Part shown: piece by piece, positions 1 through 9,240 of the stretch
Layout of the letters: every line of letters starts with the position of its first letter
Position numbering within the stretch: the first letter of the stretch is position 1
NCBI GenBank assembly: GCA_963922625.1
Contig: CAWUIS010000001.1
Span: 1-51,974, forward strand
Length of the DNA: 51,974 bases
Reading direction: 5' to 3'
DNA from: an uncultured Candidatus Melainabacteria bacterium
GTDB lineage: Bacteria > Cyanobacteriota > Vampirovibrionia > LMEP-6097
The notes under the pieces: generated by a model
The model's database searches: none
What the model was told of the DNA's origin: nothing
What the model saw: only the letters and a program-made list of their open reading frames with translations
Program-made: the position numbers and the translations under genes

Positions 1-19
1 GTACACTAACTAAACTCTG

Positions 20-223
20 CTAGGCAACAAGTGCGCTCAATTTGGCTATTGCTTTATTGAGGTCATTATTAACTATAGAAGATATCTCTTGTAGGTTGTT
101 AGTTACCAGTTGAGAACAAAATTCAATATTAGTAAGAGCGTTTGGAACAGAGCTAGAGTCAGTGGCAGAACCAACTTCTAAAAGCTCTGATTTTATGTAG
201 TCTTGTCGGCTTTCCATATCCAA
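20..223 (-). CDS. hypothetical small protein (67 aa)
   Basis: Intact ATG-initiated ORF; no recognisable motif; flanked by non-coding DNA (224-401). Confidence 0.3.
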   Translation of the reverse strand: MDMESRQDYIKSELLEVGSATDSSSVPNALTNIEFCSQLVTNNLQEISSIVNNDLNKAIAKLSALVA

Positions 224-401
224 GATAATCCCAAAACATGGTGCGCTTTTAAAATTTTATGCACAATACGCGTAATTAATGTCAATTCACACAGTAAAGT
301 TAAAAATACAGAAATCATAAAGGATTCCCTGGTCCAAGCGGGATAATCGATAGGCGTGATACCATTTATCCCCCTAACCTGAAACAGCGGAGAAATAAGC
401 A

Positions 402-584
402 ATGGCAAGTAAGAAAAAAGATAAGGTTCCTGTTACTCTAGAATGCACTGAGGCCCGTGAGCTTGGAGCAACGCCATCTCGCTACTCTACTCATAAAAAC
501 AAGAAAAAACATCCAGATAAACTTGAGATGAAAAAATACAATCGTTATTTGAAAAAACATACTGTTCACAAAGAAATCAAATAG
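402..584 (+). CDS. rpmG: 50S ribosomal protein L33
   Basis: 60-aa basic protein with L33 pattern (..TLECTE..STHKNKK..P.KLE.KKY...LKKHT.HKEIK); GGAG upstream of ATG. Confidence 0.93.
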   Translation: MASKKKDKVPVTLECTEARELGATPSRYSTHKNKKKHPDKLEMKKYNRYLKKHTVHKEIK

Positions 585-587
585 TCC

Positions 588-1655
588 TTGTTCAGCCCCT
601 TTTTACTTGAGGATTTTTATAATAAATTTGAAGCAGATTACTCTTGTAGTCTGGGCTCTGCTTGCACCGATGCTATGTCATTGACTGAGCTTTGCTTTCT
701 TCTTGAAAACAAACAAGAAGATCTTCACAAAGAGCTCTACCAAAGCCCATTAGATTATTCGATACAACTGGGCGATGAGGCATTAAGAACAAAACTTGCT
801 CAGCGTTATCAAACAAAAACAGAAAATTTTATAGTCACAAGCGGCGCTTCAGAAGCTATTTTGCTTTGTTTTTTATCCATCTTCAAAAAAGGTGACGAGA
901 TCATTGTTCAAAAACCTATTTACCAGTCTTTATTCCAGATTGCAGAAGATTTGGGTGTGAAAATTCATAATTGGGACTCACAGCTTGAAAATTTAGAGCA
1001 GCTAATTAAAAACCACCCACAAATAAAAGCTCTGGTAATTAACAACCCCAATAATCCAACCGGCCTTGGTTTTGAAGCCTCTGAACTAAGCTCTATCAGT
1101 GAAATTATTGGTCCGAGATTATTGATTTGTGATGAGGTCTTCCAAGCCATTTCAAGCTTACCTAGCTGCTTTGAACAGCATGAAAATAGCATTATTATTG
1201 CTGATTTGAGCAAATGCCACTCAATGCCAGGCTTACGTATTGGTTGGATACTGTGCCGGGATAAAGACTTGATAGCAAAATTCTCAAGTCAAAAAAACTA
1301 TCTCTCCTTGCGCAACGCCACTAACTCAGAAATTATCGCCAAATACACACTTGATGTTGAGGAAAAAATCATTGCAAGAAATAAAAAAACTATAAGTACT
1401 AATCTAGATTTCCTATTTTCTTATAATAAAAAAAGTTTGTTTTTTGATCTAGAAATTGACCGGCTTAAAATTCAAGGGCTCTCTATTTTTCCTAAATTAA
1501 AGCAATATCCGCAAAGACAAGACGTACTTTTTGTTGATGGCAAGCACTTTGGTTTAGAGTTTGAAAACTATATGAGAATTGGTTTTGGTATGAAAAACTT
1601 TAGCCGGGTGCTAGAATGCTCTCTTAATGGAATCAACAATGACCCAAACGAATAA
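588..1655 (+). CDS. pyridoxal-phosphate-dependent aminotransferase, class I/II (HisC/CobD-like size)
   Basis: NNPNNPTG motif and PLP-lysine motif SKCHSMPGLRIGW; 355 aa; TTG start 4 nt after rpmG stop. Confidence 0.8.
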   Translation: MFSPFLLEDFYNKFEADYSCSLGSACTDAMSLTELCFLLENKQEDLHKELYQSPLDYSIQLGDEALRTKLAQRYQTKTENFIVTSGASEAILLCFLSIFKKGDEIIVQKPIYQSLFQIAEDLGVKIHNWDSQLENLEQLIKNHPQIKALVINNPNNPTGLGFEASELSSISEIIGPRLLICDEVFQAISSLPSCFEQHENSIIIADLSKCHSMPGLRIGWILCRDKDLIAKFSSQKNYLSLRNATNSEIIAKYTLDVEEKIIARNKKTISTNLDFLFSYNKKSLFFDLEIDRLKIQGLSIFPKLKQYPQRQDVLFVDGKHFGLEFENYMRIGFGMKNFSRVLECSLNGINNDPNE

Positions 1656-2436
1656 AGGCTACCAAAGCCACTTATACGGTGATAATCACAATATTTTAGA
1701 AGATAGTTTTTTAACTACCCAATTAGCGCAGCTATCTATTGAAAAAACTAAACAGCCTGATATCAACAGGCTCATCTCAAGTCTGTTTACACATCTAATC
1801 AAAGAAGTGATTAATCAAGAATTCCCCACAAAGCAAGATACCGTGATGACACGCATGGGATCAATGGGTGATCAACGCGGCTACTGGACCGGTAAACTAC
1901 TAGATAAAGAAACCAAAGTAGTTCTTGTTGATTTAGCAAGAGCAGGGACTTTGCCTTGTGAGGTCTGCTTTCAAACTTTTAATACCATTCTCAATCCCGA
2001 TCTGGTGCGCCAAGATCATATTTTTATCGCGCGCGAAAGCGATGCTAGTGGTAAAGTGACAGGCGTCAATTGGTCAGGTTCAAAAATCGGCGGTGATATT
2101 GACAATGCCATTGTTGTCATCCCTGACCCTATGGGTGCAACGGGCACTTCTATATCAGAAGTAATTAATTACTACAAAGAAAATGTCCAAGGTAAGGTAA
2201 AAAAATTCATCACATTAAATTTAATTCAAACACCTAATTTTATTTTACGTATGCAAAAAGACCATCCAGAGGCTATCACCTATGGTCTTAGACTTGACCG
2301 AGCAGCCAGCTCAGAAAAAGCCCTTGAAGCCACGCCTGGCACTTTTCCTCAAGAAGAAAGCGGACTTAACGACCAGGATTATATTATTCCTGGTGCTGGT
2401 GGGCTTGGTGAATTGATGAATAATTCTTTTTGTTAA
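1627..2436 (+). CDS. upp: uracil phosphoribosyltransferase family protein with N-terminal extension
   Basis: PRPP-binding loop VVIPDPMGATGTS and C-terminal YIIPGAGGLGE resembling Upp (VDPMLATGGS / YIIPGLGDAGD); overlaps the preceding gene by 29 nt. Confidence 0.72.
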   Translation: MESTMTQTNKGYQSHLYGDNHNILEDSFLTTQLAQLSIEKTKQPDINRLISSLFTHLIKEVINQEFPTKQDTVMTRMGSMGDQRGYWTGKLLDKETKVVLVDLARAGTLPCEVCFQTFNTILNPDLVRQDHIFIARESDASGKVTGVNWSGSKIGGDIDNAIVVIPDPMGATGTSISEVINYYKENVQGKVKKFITLNLIQTPNFILRMQKDHPEAITYGLRLDRAASSEKALEATPGTFPQEESGLNDQDYIIPGAGGLGELMNNSFC

Positions 2437-2613
2437 AAGCCTTTGAAATCTTCAATGAATCCTTAGAGACACGCCCATACAAAAAATCAAGCAAACATTT
2501 GCTAAGGTTTCAAGATATTCCGCCAAAAAGTTCTATCGACCATATATAGGTTAACTTTACATATAGTCGAACCAAATGTAAACTTCACTTTCATTTAGTC
2601 AGACTGTTTGATG

Positions 2614-2805
2614 TTATTTCAAGTTTGCAAGTTTTTCAATGTCATGAAATCTTCTATGATGCACCTCCTGCGCAAAAGTATTTTTATACTGAGGAGAAAT
2701 ACCAGACTCTTTAAAGGCAGTATTTAGTCTCATAACTTTCTCTTTTGTTTCCTCCCCGCAACTACCAAAAGGCATCCAGTTTACTCCATGGGCGAATTCA
2801 AACAC
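2614..2805 (-). CDS. hypothetical small protein (63 aa), doubtful
   Basis: GTG-initiated ORF in the 395-bp upp-radA spacer; no motif recognised. Confidence 0.2.
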   Translation of the reverse strand: MFEFAHGVNWMPFGSCGEETKEKVMRLNTAFKESGISPQYKNTFAQEVHHRRFHDIEKLANLK

Positions 2806-2831
2806 TTACATTTATATGATATAATTTATAT

Positions 2832-4208
2832 ATGCCTAAAACCAAATCACCTCCATGGTTTTGTACTGAATGTGGTTATGAATCAACCGGCTATATAGGC
2901 AAATGCCCAAGCTGTGGCAGCTGGGATAGTTTCAAAGAAGCAAAATTTGCTACAAGCAAAAAAACCCAAAACAAATCAAGCAAGCAAACCTTCCAAATTG
3001 CTGAATTACCTCAACTACAAAACTTACAAAACATCCCAGAACAATCCACTGCAAGATTTTTAAGTGGCTCGCAAGAACTCGACCGGGTTTTAGGCGGAGG
3101 CATTGTAATGGGTTCATTGACTTTACTAGGAGGGGAGCCTGGTATCGGCAAATCAACACTGCTGCTTCAAGTAGCTAATCATTGTGCCCGGCAGAATACT
3201 GACAAAAGCAAATCAAAAGTGCTTTACATCAGTGCCGAAGAGAGCTCTAGCCAGCTCAAGCTGCGTGCTTGCCGCATGCATATAGAATCAGAAATTTTGG
3301 TTTTATCAGATGCTTGTTTAAGCAATATCATTGCTTATATTGAGTCTGAAGAACCGCAGCTAGTAATCATTGATAGTATCCAAGCAACTTTTAGTGACAA
3401 TGTCGATTCCCTCCCTGGTTCACCCAGCCAAATTCGTGACTGCGCTAGTAATCTCATGCGTGTTGCAAAAAGTCTCAACATCCCTATTGTTATTGTTGGG
3501 CACATCAACAAAGATGGCGATATTGCAGGACCTAAAATCCTTGAGCATATGGTTGATACTGTGATTCAGTTTGAAGGCTCTAAAGACTCTAATATTAGAT
3601 TTTTACGCTCCATTAAAAACCGCTTTGGTAGTACCGATGAAATCGGGGTGTTTAGCATGCAAGAACAGGGTCTTAAAGACTTGAGTAATCCTTCTGAGAT
3701 TTTTCTTGAAGAGCAATCAGAAAACGCCGTGGTTTTTCCTGCTAAAGAAGGAAAACGCATTATTCTTACAGAAATCCAAGCGCTTGTAGTTGCCACAAAT
3801 TACCCCAACCCAAGACGTGTTGCTAATGGCATAGAAACTTCTAGAATGCACCAGATCATTGCCATCTTAGAAAAAAACAGCAAACTAAAACTCTCTGCTG
3901 CTGATGTTTATATCAATGTTGCTGGTGGGCTCGAGCTAAAAGAACCAGCTTGCGACCTTGCCATAGCAGTAGCGATTTATAAAAGTGCAACTGGCAAACA
4001 AGAAAGCGGTACTTTGTGTATCGGTGAACTTGGACTCAACGGCGAACTTCGCTCTGTGACAGGGCTTGAAGCACGCATCAAAGAAGCTATAAAGCTTGGA
4101 TTTAAAAACCTTATTGTACCCAAGCGAAATTTTGAAAAACTCAGCTTTGATATAGGCAAACATAAGGTTAACTTGCAAGCCGCTAAGCATATTAATGGCA
4201 TCTTATAA
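2832..4208 (+). CDS. radA: DNA repair protein RadA/Sms
   Basis: N-terminal zinc ribbon CTECGY..CPSCGSW, Walker A GEPGIGKST, KNRFG motif, Lon-like C-terminal domain; TGATATAAT extended -10 9 nt upstream of the ATG. Confidence 0.95.
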   Translation: MPKTKSPPWFCTECGYESTGYIGKCPSCGSWDSFKEAKFATSKKTQNKSSKQTFQIAELPQLQNLQNIPEQSTARFLSGSQELDRVLGGGIVMGSLTLLGGEPGIGKSTLLLQVANHCARQNTDKSKSKVLYISAEESSSQLKLRACRMHIESEILVLSDACLSNIIAYIESEEPQLVIIDSIQATFSDNVDSLPGSPSQIRDCASNLMRVAKSLNIPIVIVGHINKDGDIAGPKILEHMVDTVIQFEGSKDSNIRFLRSIKNRFGSTDEIGVFSMQEQGLKDLSNPSEIFLEEQSENAVVFPAKEGKRIILTEIQALVVATNYPNPRRVANGIETSRMHQIIAILEKNSKLKLSAADVYINVAGGLELKEPACDLAIAVAIYKSATGKQESGTLCIGELGLNGELRSVTGLEARIKEAIKLGFKNLIVPKRNFEKLSFDIGKHKVNLQAAKHINGIL

Positions 4209-5555
4209 GGGAAGTGAGGCAAATAAATCGTATTCATCGCAATCATCGATATTTACATCTATAAATGACCCAATGGCTGGAGTAATAGCATCTTTTTCTA
4301 AGTCAACGAAAACCTGGCCATCAATTTCAGGGGCGTCTCTAAAACTACGGCAACTAAGCTGCAAGCCTTCTTCATGCTCGGTTATAGATTCAACTAAAAC
4401 TTGCATTTTTTTATCAAGCCAATCTTGATTTTTTTCAAGTGAGATTTGCTGCTGTAATTGCATCAACGCGTCTCTTCTTTCTTGCTTTAGTTCTTCTGGC
4501 AACTGTTCATCAAAATCATGTGCTGGAGTTCCATGCTCCTGTGAATAAGTAAAAACTCCAACTCTATCAAAACGAGTCTCCTCAATAAAGTCATAAAGCT
4601 CTTGAAAATCTTTTTCTGTCTCTCCTGGAAAGCCAGTGATAAAAGTAGTTCTGATACAAGCACCAGGTAAATTTGTTTTAATCAGCTCGACAGTGTCTCG
4701 GACACTTGGAGGTCTTCGCATAGATTTCAAAACCTTTTGAGAAGCGTGCTGCAAAGGAATATCGACATAGTTGAGTATATTGTCTTTTACTGCCATCACT
4801 TGAAGCATCTCAGCTTCCATCTCCGTTGGATAAGCGTACATCAAACGAATCCACTTAGCACCACTATCATCAGCAACCGCTTTTAAAAGATCTGCAAGAG
4901 CACGTCGTTTATAAACATCAGTACCATAAGCTGTACTATCCTGTGAAACTAACACCAACTCCTGCGAGCCTCTTTCTACAAGAAGCTTAGCCTCTGCTAC
5001 AACATCTTCTATAGTGCGTGATTTCATATCACCACGCAAATGAGGAATAATACAAAATGCACACCTATGATCACAACCCTCAGCAATTTTCAAATAGCTA
5101 AAAGGTTCAATATGAGTACGAGCGCGAGGTACACTAGTGTCAGCGACAGCCATTGGCACCTCATCAACTTTGATGATTTTAGAATCAATACCAGAATTTA
5201 AATTCTCAGTAACCTGACGTACTACCGGTAAAACATCCTTGATATTACCAGTACCAATCACAGCCTGGGCTTCAGGTAGTTCATCAAAAAGATCTCCTTT
5301 AAATCTTTGTGCCATGCAACCAGCAACTATAAGATTTTTTCCAGAGTCAGCAAGCTCAGCTAAGGTATCGATACTCTCATTGGTACTACCCTCTATAAAA
5401 GTACAGGTGTTGACCAATGACAAGTCAGCTTTTTCATGGTCTGCAGTTATTGGATAGCCTGCAGCATGTAAAATACCAATCATATTTTCGGTATCAACTA
5501 AATTTTTTGCACAGCCTAGAGTTGACACACCTATAGTAGGAAGCTTTTTTTGCAT
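4203..5555 (-). CDS. rimO: ribosomal protein S12 methylthiotransferase RimO (radical SAM MTTase)
   Basis: N-terminal LGCAKNLVDTE..NTCTFI pattern, radical-SAM CDHRCAFC, C-terminal TRAM-like domain; about 450 aa. Confidence 0.82.
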   Translation of the reverse strand: MQKKLPTIGVSTLGCAKNLVDTENMIGILHAAGYPITADHEKADLSLVNTCTFIEGSTNESIDTLAELADSGKNLIVAGCMAQRFKGDLFDELPEAQAVIGTGNIKDVLPVVRQVTENLNSGIDSKIIKVDEVPMAVADTSVPRARTHIEPFSYLKIAEGCDHRCAFCIIPHLRGDMKSRTIEDVVAEAKLLVERGSQELVLVSQDSTAYGTDVYKRRALADLLKAVADDSGAKWIRLMYAYPTEMEAEMLQVMAVKDNILNYVDIPLQHASQKVLKSMRRPPSVRDTVELIKTNLPGACIRTTFITGFPGETEKDFQELYDFIEETRFDRVGVFTYSQEHGTPAHDFDEQLPEELKQERRDALMQLQQQISLEKNQDWLDKKMQVLVESITEHEEGLQLSCRSFRDAPEIDGQVFVDLEKDAITPAIGSFIDVNIDDCDEYDLFASLPL

Positions 5556-5567
5556 AGTAGAAATACA

Positions 5568-5578
5568 TATTCTAGCAA
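5568..5578 (-). promoter_or_regulatory. extended -10-like promoter element TTGCTAGAATA upstream of rimO
   Basis: Minus-strand TTGCTAGAATA; the TAGAAT hexamer ends 13 nt before the rimO ATG; identical 11-mer at 7275-7285 and 38358-38368. Confidence 0.5.
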
Positions 5579-5613
5579 AACCTAGGTTTTGCCGATTAAA
5601 ACTATCCCCCCAG

Positions 5614-5654
5614 TACCATGAAAATCTAACGCTAGATATTAGATTTTCATGGTA
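5614..5654. repeat. perfect 16-bp inverted repeat (TACCATGAAAATCTAA / TTAGATTTTCATGGTA), 9-nt spacer
   Basis: Read directly; ends 10 nt upstream of the ATG of the DUF4143 ATPase gene at 5665, in the rimO/ATPase divergent spacer. Confidence 0.9.
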
Positions 5655-5664
5655 TGAAATCTAT

Positions 5665-6882
5665 ATGATCAAAAGAAGGCTCGAAAAAACCATTAAAGAG
5701 CTACTTAAACTATTTCCAGCCGTTGCTCTAATTGGTGCAAGACAAGTCGGTAAGTCAACCTTAATGAAAACCGTGCTTCCAGAAGCAAAGTTCTTTGACT
5801 TAGAAAAGGAAAAGGACTTTAACTATATTAATAACGAGCCTCTATTATTTCTGGATGATACTACAAAACCAATTGCCATTGACGAAGCTCAGCTTTGTCC
5901 GCAACTTTTTCCTGCCCTAAGAGTTGCTATTGACAAAGAGAGAAATAAAAAAGGGCAATTTTTAATCTCTGGATCTAGCTCGCAAGACTTGCAAAACAAC
6001 ATCACAGAATCTTTAGCAGGAAGAATAGCTATCATTGAGATACCTTGTCTAACTTGGGATGAGGCATTAGGAAGACAACAATCTCTATTCTATTCAAAAC
6101 TTGACCGGGTAGAAGAATTTTTCAAACTCAAGGCACTATACAGCAGAGAAGAAATTTATGATCTATGCTTACACGGACTATTCCCAGAGCCCTTTATCAA
6201 TAAATCAAACAAAATTTTTTACCAACAATGGCAGGAAAACTACTTTAAAGCTTATATAGAAAGAGATATCAGAGCTTTATTTCCACAATTACAAATTGAA
6301 TCCTATCGCAAATTGATTCGCATGCTTGCAACTACATCAGGTGAGGTTTTGAAAATATCTAATTTTGCTCGCTCACTAGATATTAGCGAACCAACGGTAA
6401 AACGATACCTTGATATAGCAGAAGGTACTTTTGTTTGGTCTCGCATCAAACCTTATAGTAAAAATATCAAAAAAAGGTTAGTCAAAACTGCCAAAGCCTA
6501 TATCAAAGACAATAACCTTATTAACTACATGCTTAACATTAATGATATTGATACATTGCAAACACACCCTCAATATGGTCTGATTTGGCAAAGCTTTGTC
6601 ATTGAACAAATCAAAAAAAACCTGAACTCAAACTTACAAAGACACTATTTATATTTTTACCGTACACATAATGGCTCAGAAATAGATCTAGTTTTAGAAA
6701 CAGAATCACAATTAATTCCTATTGAAATTAAAGCCGGACAAGTTGTTAAAAAACATCAAATTAAAGCATTGGAGAATTTTATTGAAGAGCACAATTGTAG
6801 TTATGGTCTAGTAATTAATAATGCCGATGAAGTTTTAAGACTAAGTCCTAAAATCTATCAAGTACCCGCTATCTTTTTGTGA
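5665..6882 (+). CDS. AAA_14/DUF4143-type ATPase with C-terminal PD-(D/E)xK-like nuclease-fold motif
   Basis: Walker A GARQVGKST, Walker B-like IAIDEAQ, wHTH-like ISNFARSLDISEPTVKRYLD, C-terminal GSEIDLVLE..PIEIKAG. Confidence 0.82.
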   Translation: MIKRRLEKTIKELLKLFPAVALIGARQVGKSTLMKTVLPEAKFFDLEKEKDFNYINNEPLLFLDDTTKPIAIDEAQLCPQLFPALRVAIDKERNKKGQFLISGSSSQDLQNNITESLAGRIAIIEIPCLTWDEALGRQQSLFYSKLDRVEEFFKLKALYSREEIYDLCLHGLFPEPFINKSNKIFYQQWQENYFKAYIERDIRALFPQLQIESYRKLIRMLATTSGEVLKISNFARSLDISEPTVKRYLDIAEGTFVWSRIKPYSKNIKKRLVKTAKAYIKDNNLINYMLNINDIDTLQTHPQYGLIWQSFVIEQIKKNLNSNLQRHYLYFYRTHNGSEIDLVLETESQLIPIEIKAGQVVKKHQIKALENFIEEHNCSYGLVINNADEVLRLSPKIYQVPAIFL

Positions 6883-6927
6883 TAAAAACCAGGACAATGC
6901 CTTGTTCTTGAACTTTCTCAACACAAG

Positions 6928-7251
6928 CTAACTAAAAGGCAAAATAGACTCAACGCATTTTAAGTTTTCTTGTGGTAAATAAGCCCACAAAGAGCCTTCT
7001 TCCCAGATTGGTTCAATAGCAGCGTCCATTTTATAAACTAACAAACTCTTGATCAGTTCCATCGAGCGGTGATTAGCGATACCACGAGGGTCATTACTAA
7101 GTTTTGTCTTTAATCTCATGGCATTTTTCTTAGAATTACAGTAGGCCGGACCAGGTTGAGCTCCTGCACTACGGCACAAAATCGCTACATTGCCATCGTC
7201 TCTAAGACAACCCAATACAAAAACCGTGTTTTTACTAGTACCTAAATCCAT
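6928..7251 (-). CDS. hypothetical protein (107 aa)
   Basis: ATG ORF with its own TTGCTAGAATA promoter-like 11-mer 24 nt upstream; N-terminal MDLGTSKNTVFVLG resembles the phosphate-1 / RuvC-I-type DxGT motif, but the protein is far too short for those folds. Confidence 0.5.
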   Translation of the reverse strand: MDLGTSKNTVFVLGCLRDDGNVAILCRSAGAQPGPAYCNSKKNAMRLKTKLSNDPRGIANHRSMELIKSLLVYKMDAAIEPIWEEGSLWAYLPQENLKCVESILPFS

Positions 7252-7274
7252 ATAAACTTTGGGACAATCAACTA

Positions 7275-7285
7275 TATTCTAGCAA
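7275..7285 (-). promoter_or_regulatory. extended -10-like promoter element TTGCTAGAATA (contains the pyrG stop codon)
   Basis: Minus-strand TTGCTAGAATA; its TAG is the pyrG stop; 24 nt upstream of the ATG of the 107-aa ORF. Confidence 0.45.
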
Positions 7286-8925
7286 AGATTGGCTTTTAGC
7301 CCTCTAGTAATAGCTGCCTGAATTAAACCATGAAACAGAGGGTGTGGCTTTCCTGGTCTCGATAAAAACTCAGGATGGAATTGACATGCGATAAAAAACG
7401 GATGATCCTTTAATTCAATCATCTCAACCAATAAATCATCTGGTGAAGTGCCTGATATGAGCATGCCGTTGTTTTCAAAATCTTCTCTGTATTTATTATT
7501 GAACTCATACCTGTGTCTGTGGCGCTCTTTGATTAGACTCTCTGATTCATCAAAATTACAATAGTCTTTGTAGAAGGACTGTGCTTTACTAGCTGGTCTT
7601 AACTTACAAGGATACGAACCTAAGCGCATCGAAGCACCTTTATCGGTAATCTCTTTTTGTTCTTCCATTAGGTGAATCACTGGATTGCTTGTATTTTCGT
7701 CAAATTCAATACTGTTAGCATCCATTAAATTCAATACATTACGGGCAAATTCAATTGACAAACACTGTAAACCCAGACAAAGTCCAAGAAGCGGCATTTG
7801 ATTTTCTCTGGCCCATCTAATGGCAAGAAGCTTTCCTTCTATGCCTCTATCACCAAAGCCACCTGGAATTACTATGGCATCCAAAGCCTTGAGCTTAGAT
7901 TCAGCATCGCTCAAATCACTAATATCGTCAGAGAGTATCATCTCCAGATGCAGAGCGTGTCCTTGAGCAATACAAGCGTGTTTGAGAGACTCGATGACCG
8001 AGATATAAGCATCAGAAAGATTTACATACTTACCAACAAGGCCTATTTTCAACTCACCATTCTCTGGCTCAATAATTTTTTTGACTAATGTTTGCCAATC
8101 AGCAAGATCTGGCATTTGGTTTTCTAGTTGTAATTTCTCCAGAACACGGGATGCTAGTTCTTCGTCTTGCATTACCAAAGGCACTTCGTAGATTGACTTA
8201 CAGTCCTTTGCCTCGATGATATTTTTCACTGGTAAGTCTGTAAACAAGCTCAGTTTTTCTCTAAGACGTTGAGGTACGGTTTTATCAGAACGCAAAACCA
8301 GAACATCAGGTTGAATACCTTTAGATCTCAATAGCTCAACGCTATGCTGAGTAGGCTTGGTTTTCAGTTCGTCAGCAGCCTGCAAATGCGGCACTAAAGT
8401 CACGTGGATATAAGCTGTATCATCACGATCAACATCATTTTTAAACTGTCTTATAGCCTCAATAAAAATAGAACTTTCGATATCACCAACAGTACCGCCA
8501 ACCTCAACAATTAAAATATCTGACTCTGTCTCGCTTGCAGCAAGTTTGATTTTGTTTTTGATCTCATTGGTAACATGCGGCACCATCTGTACTGTCGCAC
8601 CTAGATACTCTCCCTTGCGCTCCTTGGTGATGACATCACGGTAAATCATGCCAGAAGTAACACTGTTAGATCTTTTCAGATCCGTATCAATAAATCTTTC
8701 GTAGTGACCAAGGTCCAAATCAGTCTCAGCACCATCATCTGTAACAAAAACTTCACCGTGCTGGTAAGGGTTCATAGTGCCCGGGTCAACATTTAGATAA
8801 GGGTCCAATTTTTGTATTGAAACCTTATAACCACGCTTTCTTAGAAGGTAACCTAGAGACGCCGATAAAATACCTTTGCCAAGACTACTGACCACACCAC
8901 CTGTAACAAAAATGTACTTAGCCAT
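7279..8925 (-). CDS. pyrG: CTP synthase
   Basis: N-terminal MAKYIFVTGGVVSSLGKG, glutamine amidotransferase GLCLGLQ..HRHRYE; 548 aa. Confidence 0.97.
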   Translation of the reverse strand: MAKYIFVTGGVVSSLGKGILSASLGYLLRKRGYKVSIQKLDPYLNVDPGTMNPYQHGEVFVTDDGAETDLDLGHYERFIDTDLKRSNSVTSGMIYRDVITKERKGEYLGATVQMVPHVTNEIKNKIKLAASETESDILIVEVGGTVGDIESSIFIEAIRQFKNDVDRDDTAYIHVTLVPHLQAADELKTKPTQHSVELLRSKGIQPDVLVLRSDKTVPQRLREKLSLFTDLPVKNIIEAKDCKSIYEVPLVMQDEELASRVLEKLQLENQMPDLADWQTLVKKIIEPENGELKIGLVGKYVNLSDAYISVIESLKHACIAQGHALHLEMILSDDISDLSDAESKLKALDAIVIPGGFGDRGIEGKLLAIRWARENQMPLLGLCLGLQCLSIEFARNVLNLMDANSIEFDENTSNPVIHLMEEQKEITDKGASMRLGSYPCKLRPASKAQSFYKDYCNFDESESLIKERHRHRYEFNNKYREDFENNGMLISGTSPDDLLVEMIELKDHPFFIACQFHPEFLSRPGKPHPLFHGLIQAAITRGLKANLC

Positions 8926-8942
8926 ATATAAACCAAATAATA

Positions 8943-9224
8943 TTAACCCATTTTTGGCACTTTAATAGCGCTATCTTCTCTATCAGGAGCATTAGCTAGC
9001 ATGGCATCAGGACTAGATTCAAGAACTTGGTCTGGTCTATAGTCCTTGGTATGCTTGATAGCGGCTACCATTGGTTCAATATCCTTGGTATCTAGCTCTT
9101 GTAATTGCTCTACATAATTCAAAATCTGATTTAAATCTTTAGCATAGCTATTGATCTCGTCCTCGGTTAAAGACAGATTGGCAAGCTTGGCTATTTTGAT
9201 AACTTCTTCTTTGTTTAGAGTCAT
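8943..9224 (-). CDS. gatC: Asp/Glu-tRNA amidotransferase subunit C
   Basis: 93 aa; ..VIKIAKLANLSLTEDEI....DLNQILNYVEQLQELDT pattern typical of GatC. Confidence 0.88.
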   Translation of the reverse strand: MTLNKEEVIKIAKLANLSLTEDEINSYAKDLNQILNYVEQLQELDTKDIEPMVAAIKHTKDYRPDQVLESSPDAMLANAPDREDSAIKVPKMG

Positions 9225-9240
9225 AGAGAAATATTAACAG

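Noticed and set aside
2536-2570. Imperfect 12-bp-stem hairpin (TCGACCATATAT..ACATATAGTCGA) in the upp-radA spacer as a terminator or small RNA
   Set aside because: It has two mismatches, an AT-rich stem and no downstream T-run on either strand. Chance occurrence cannot be excluded.
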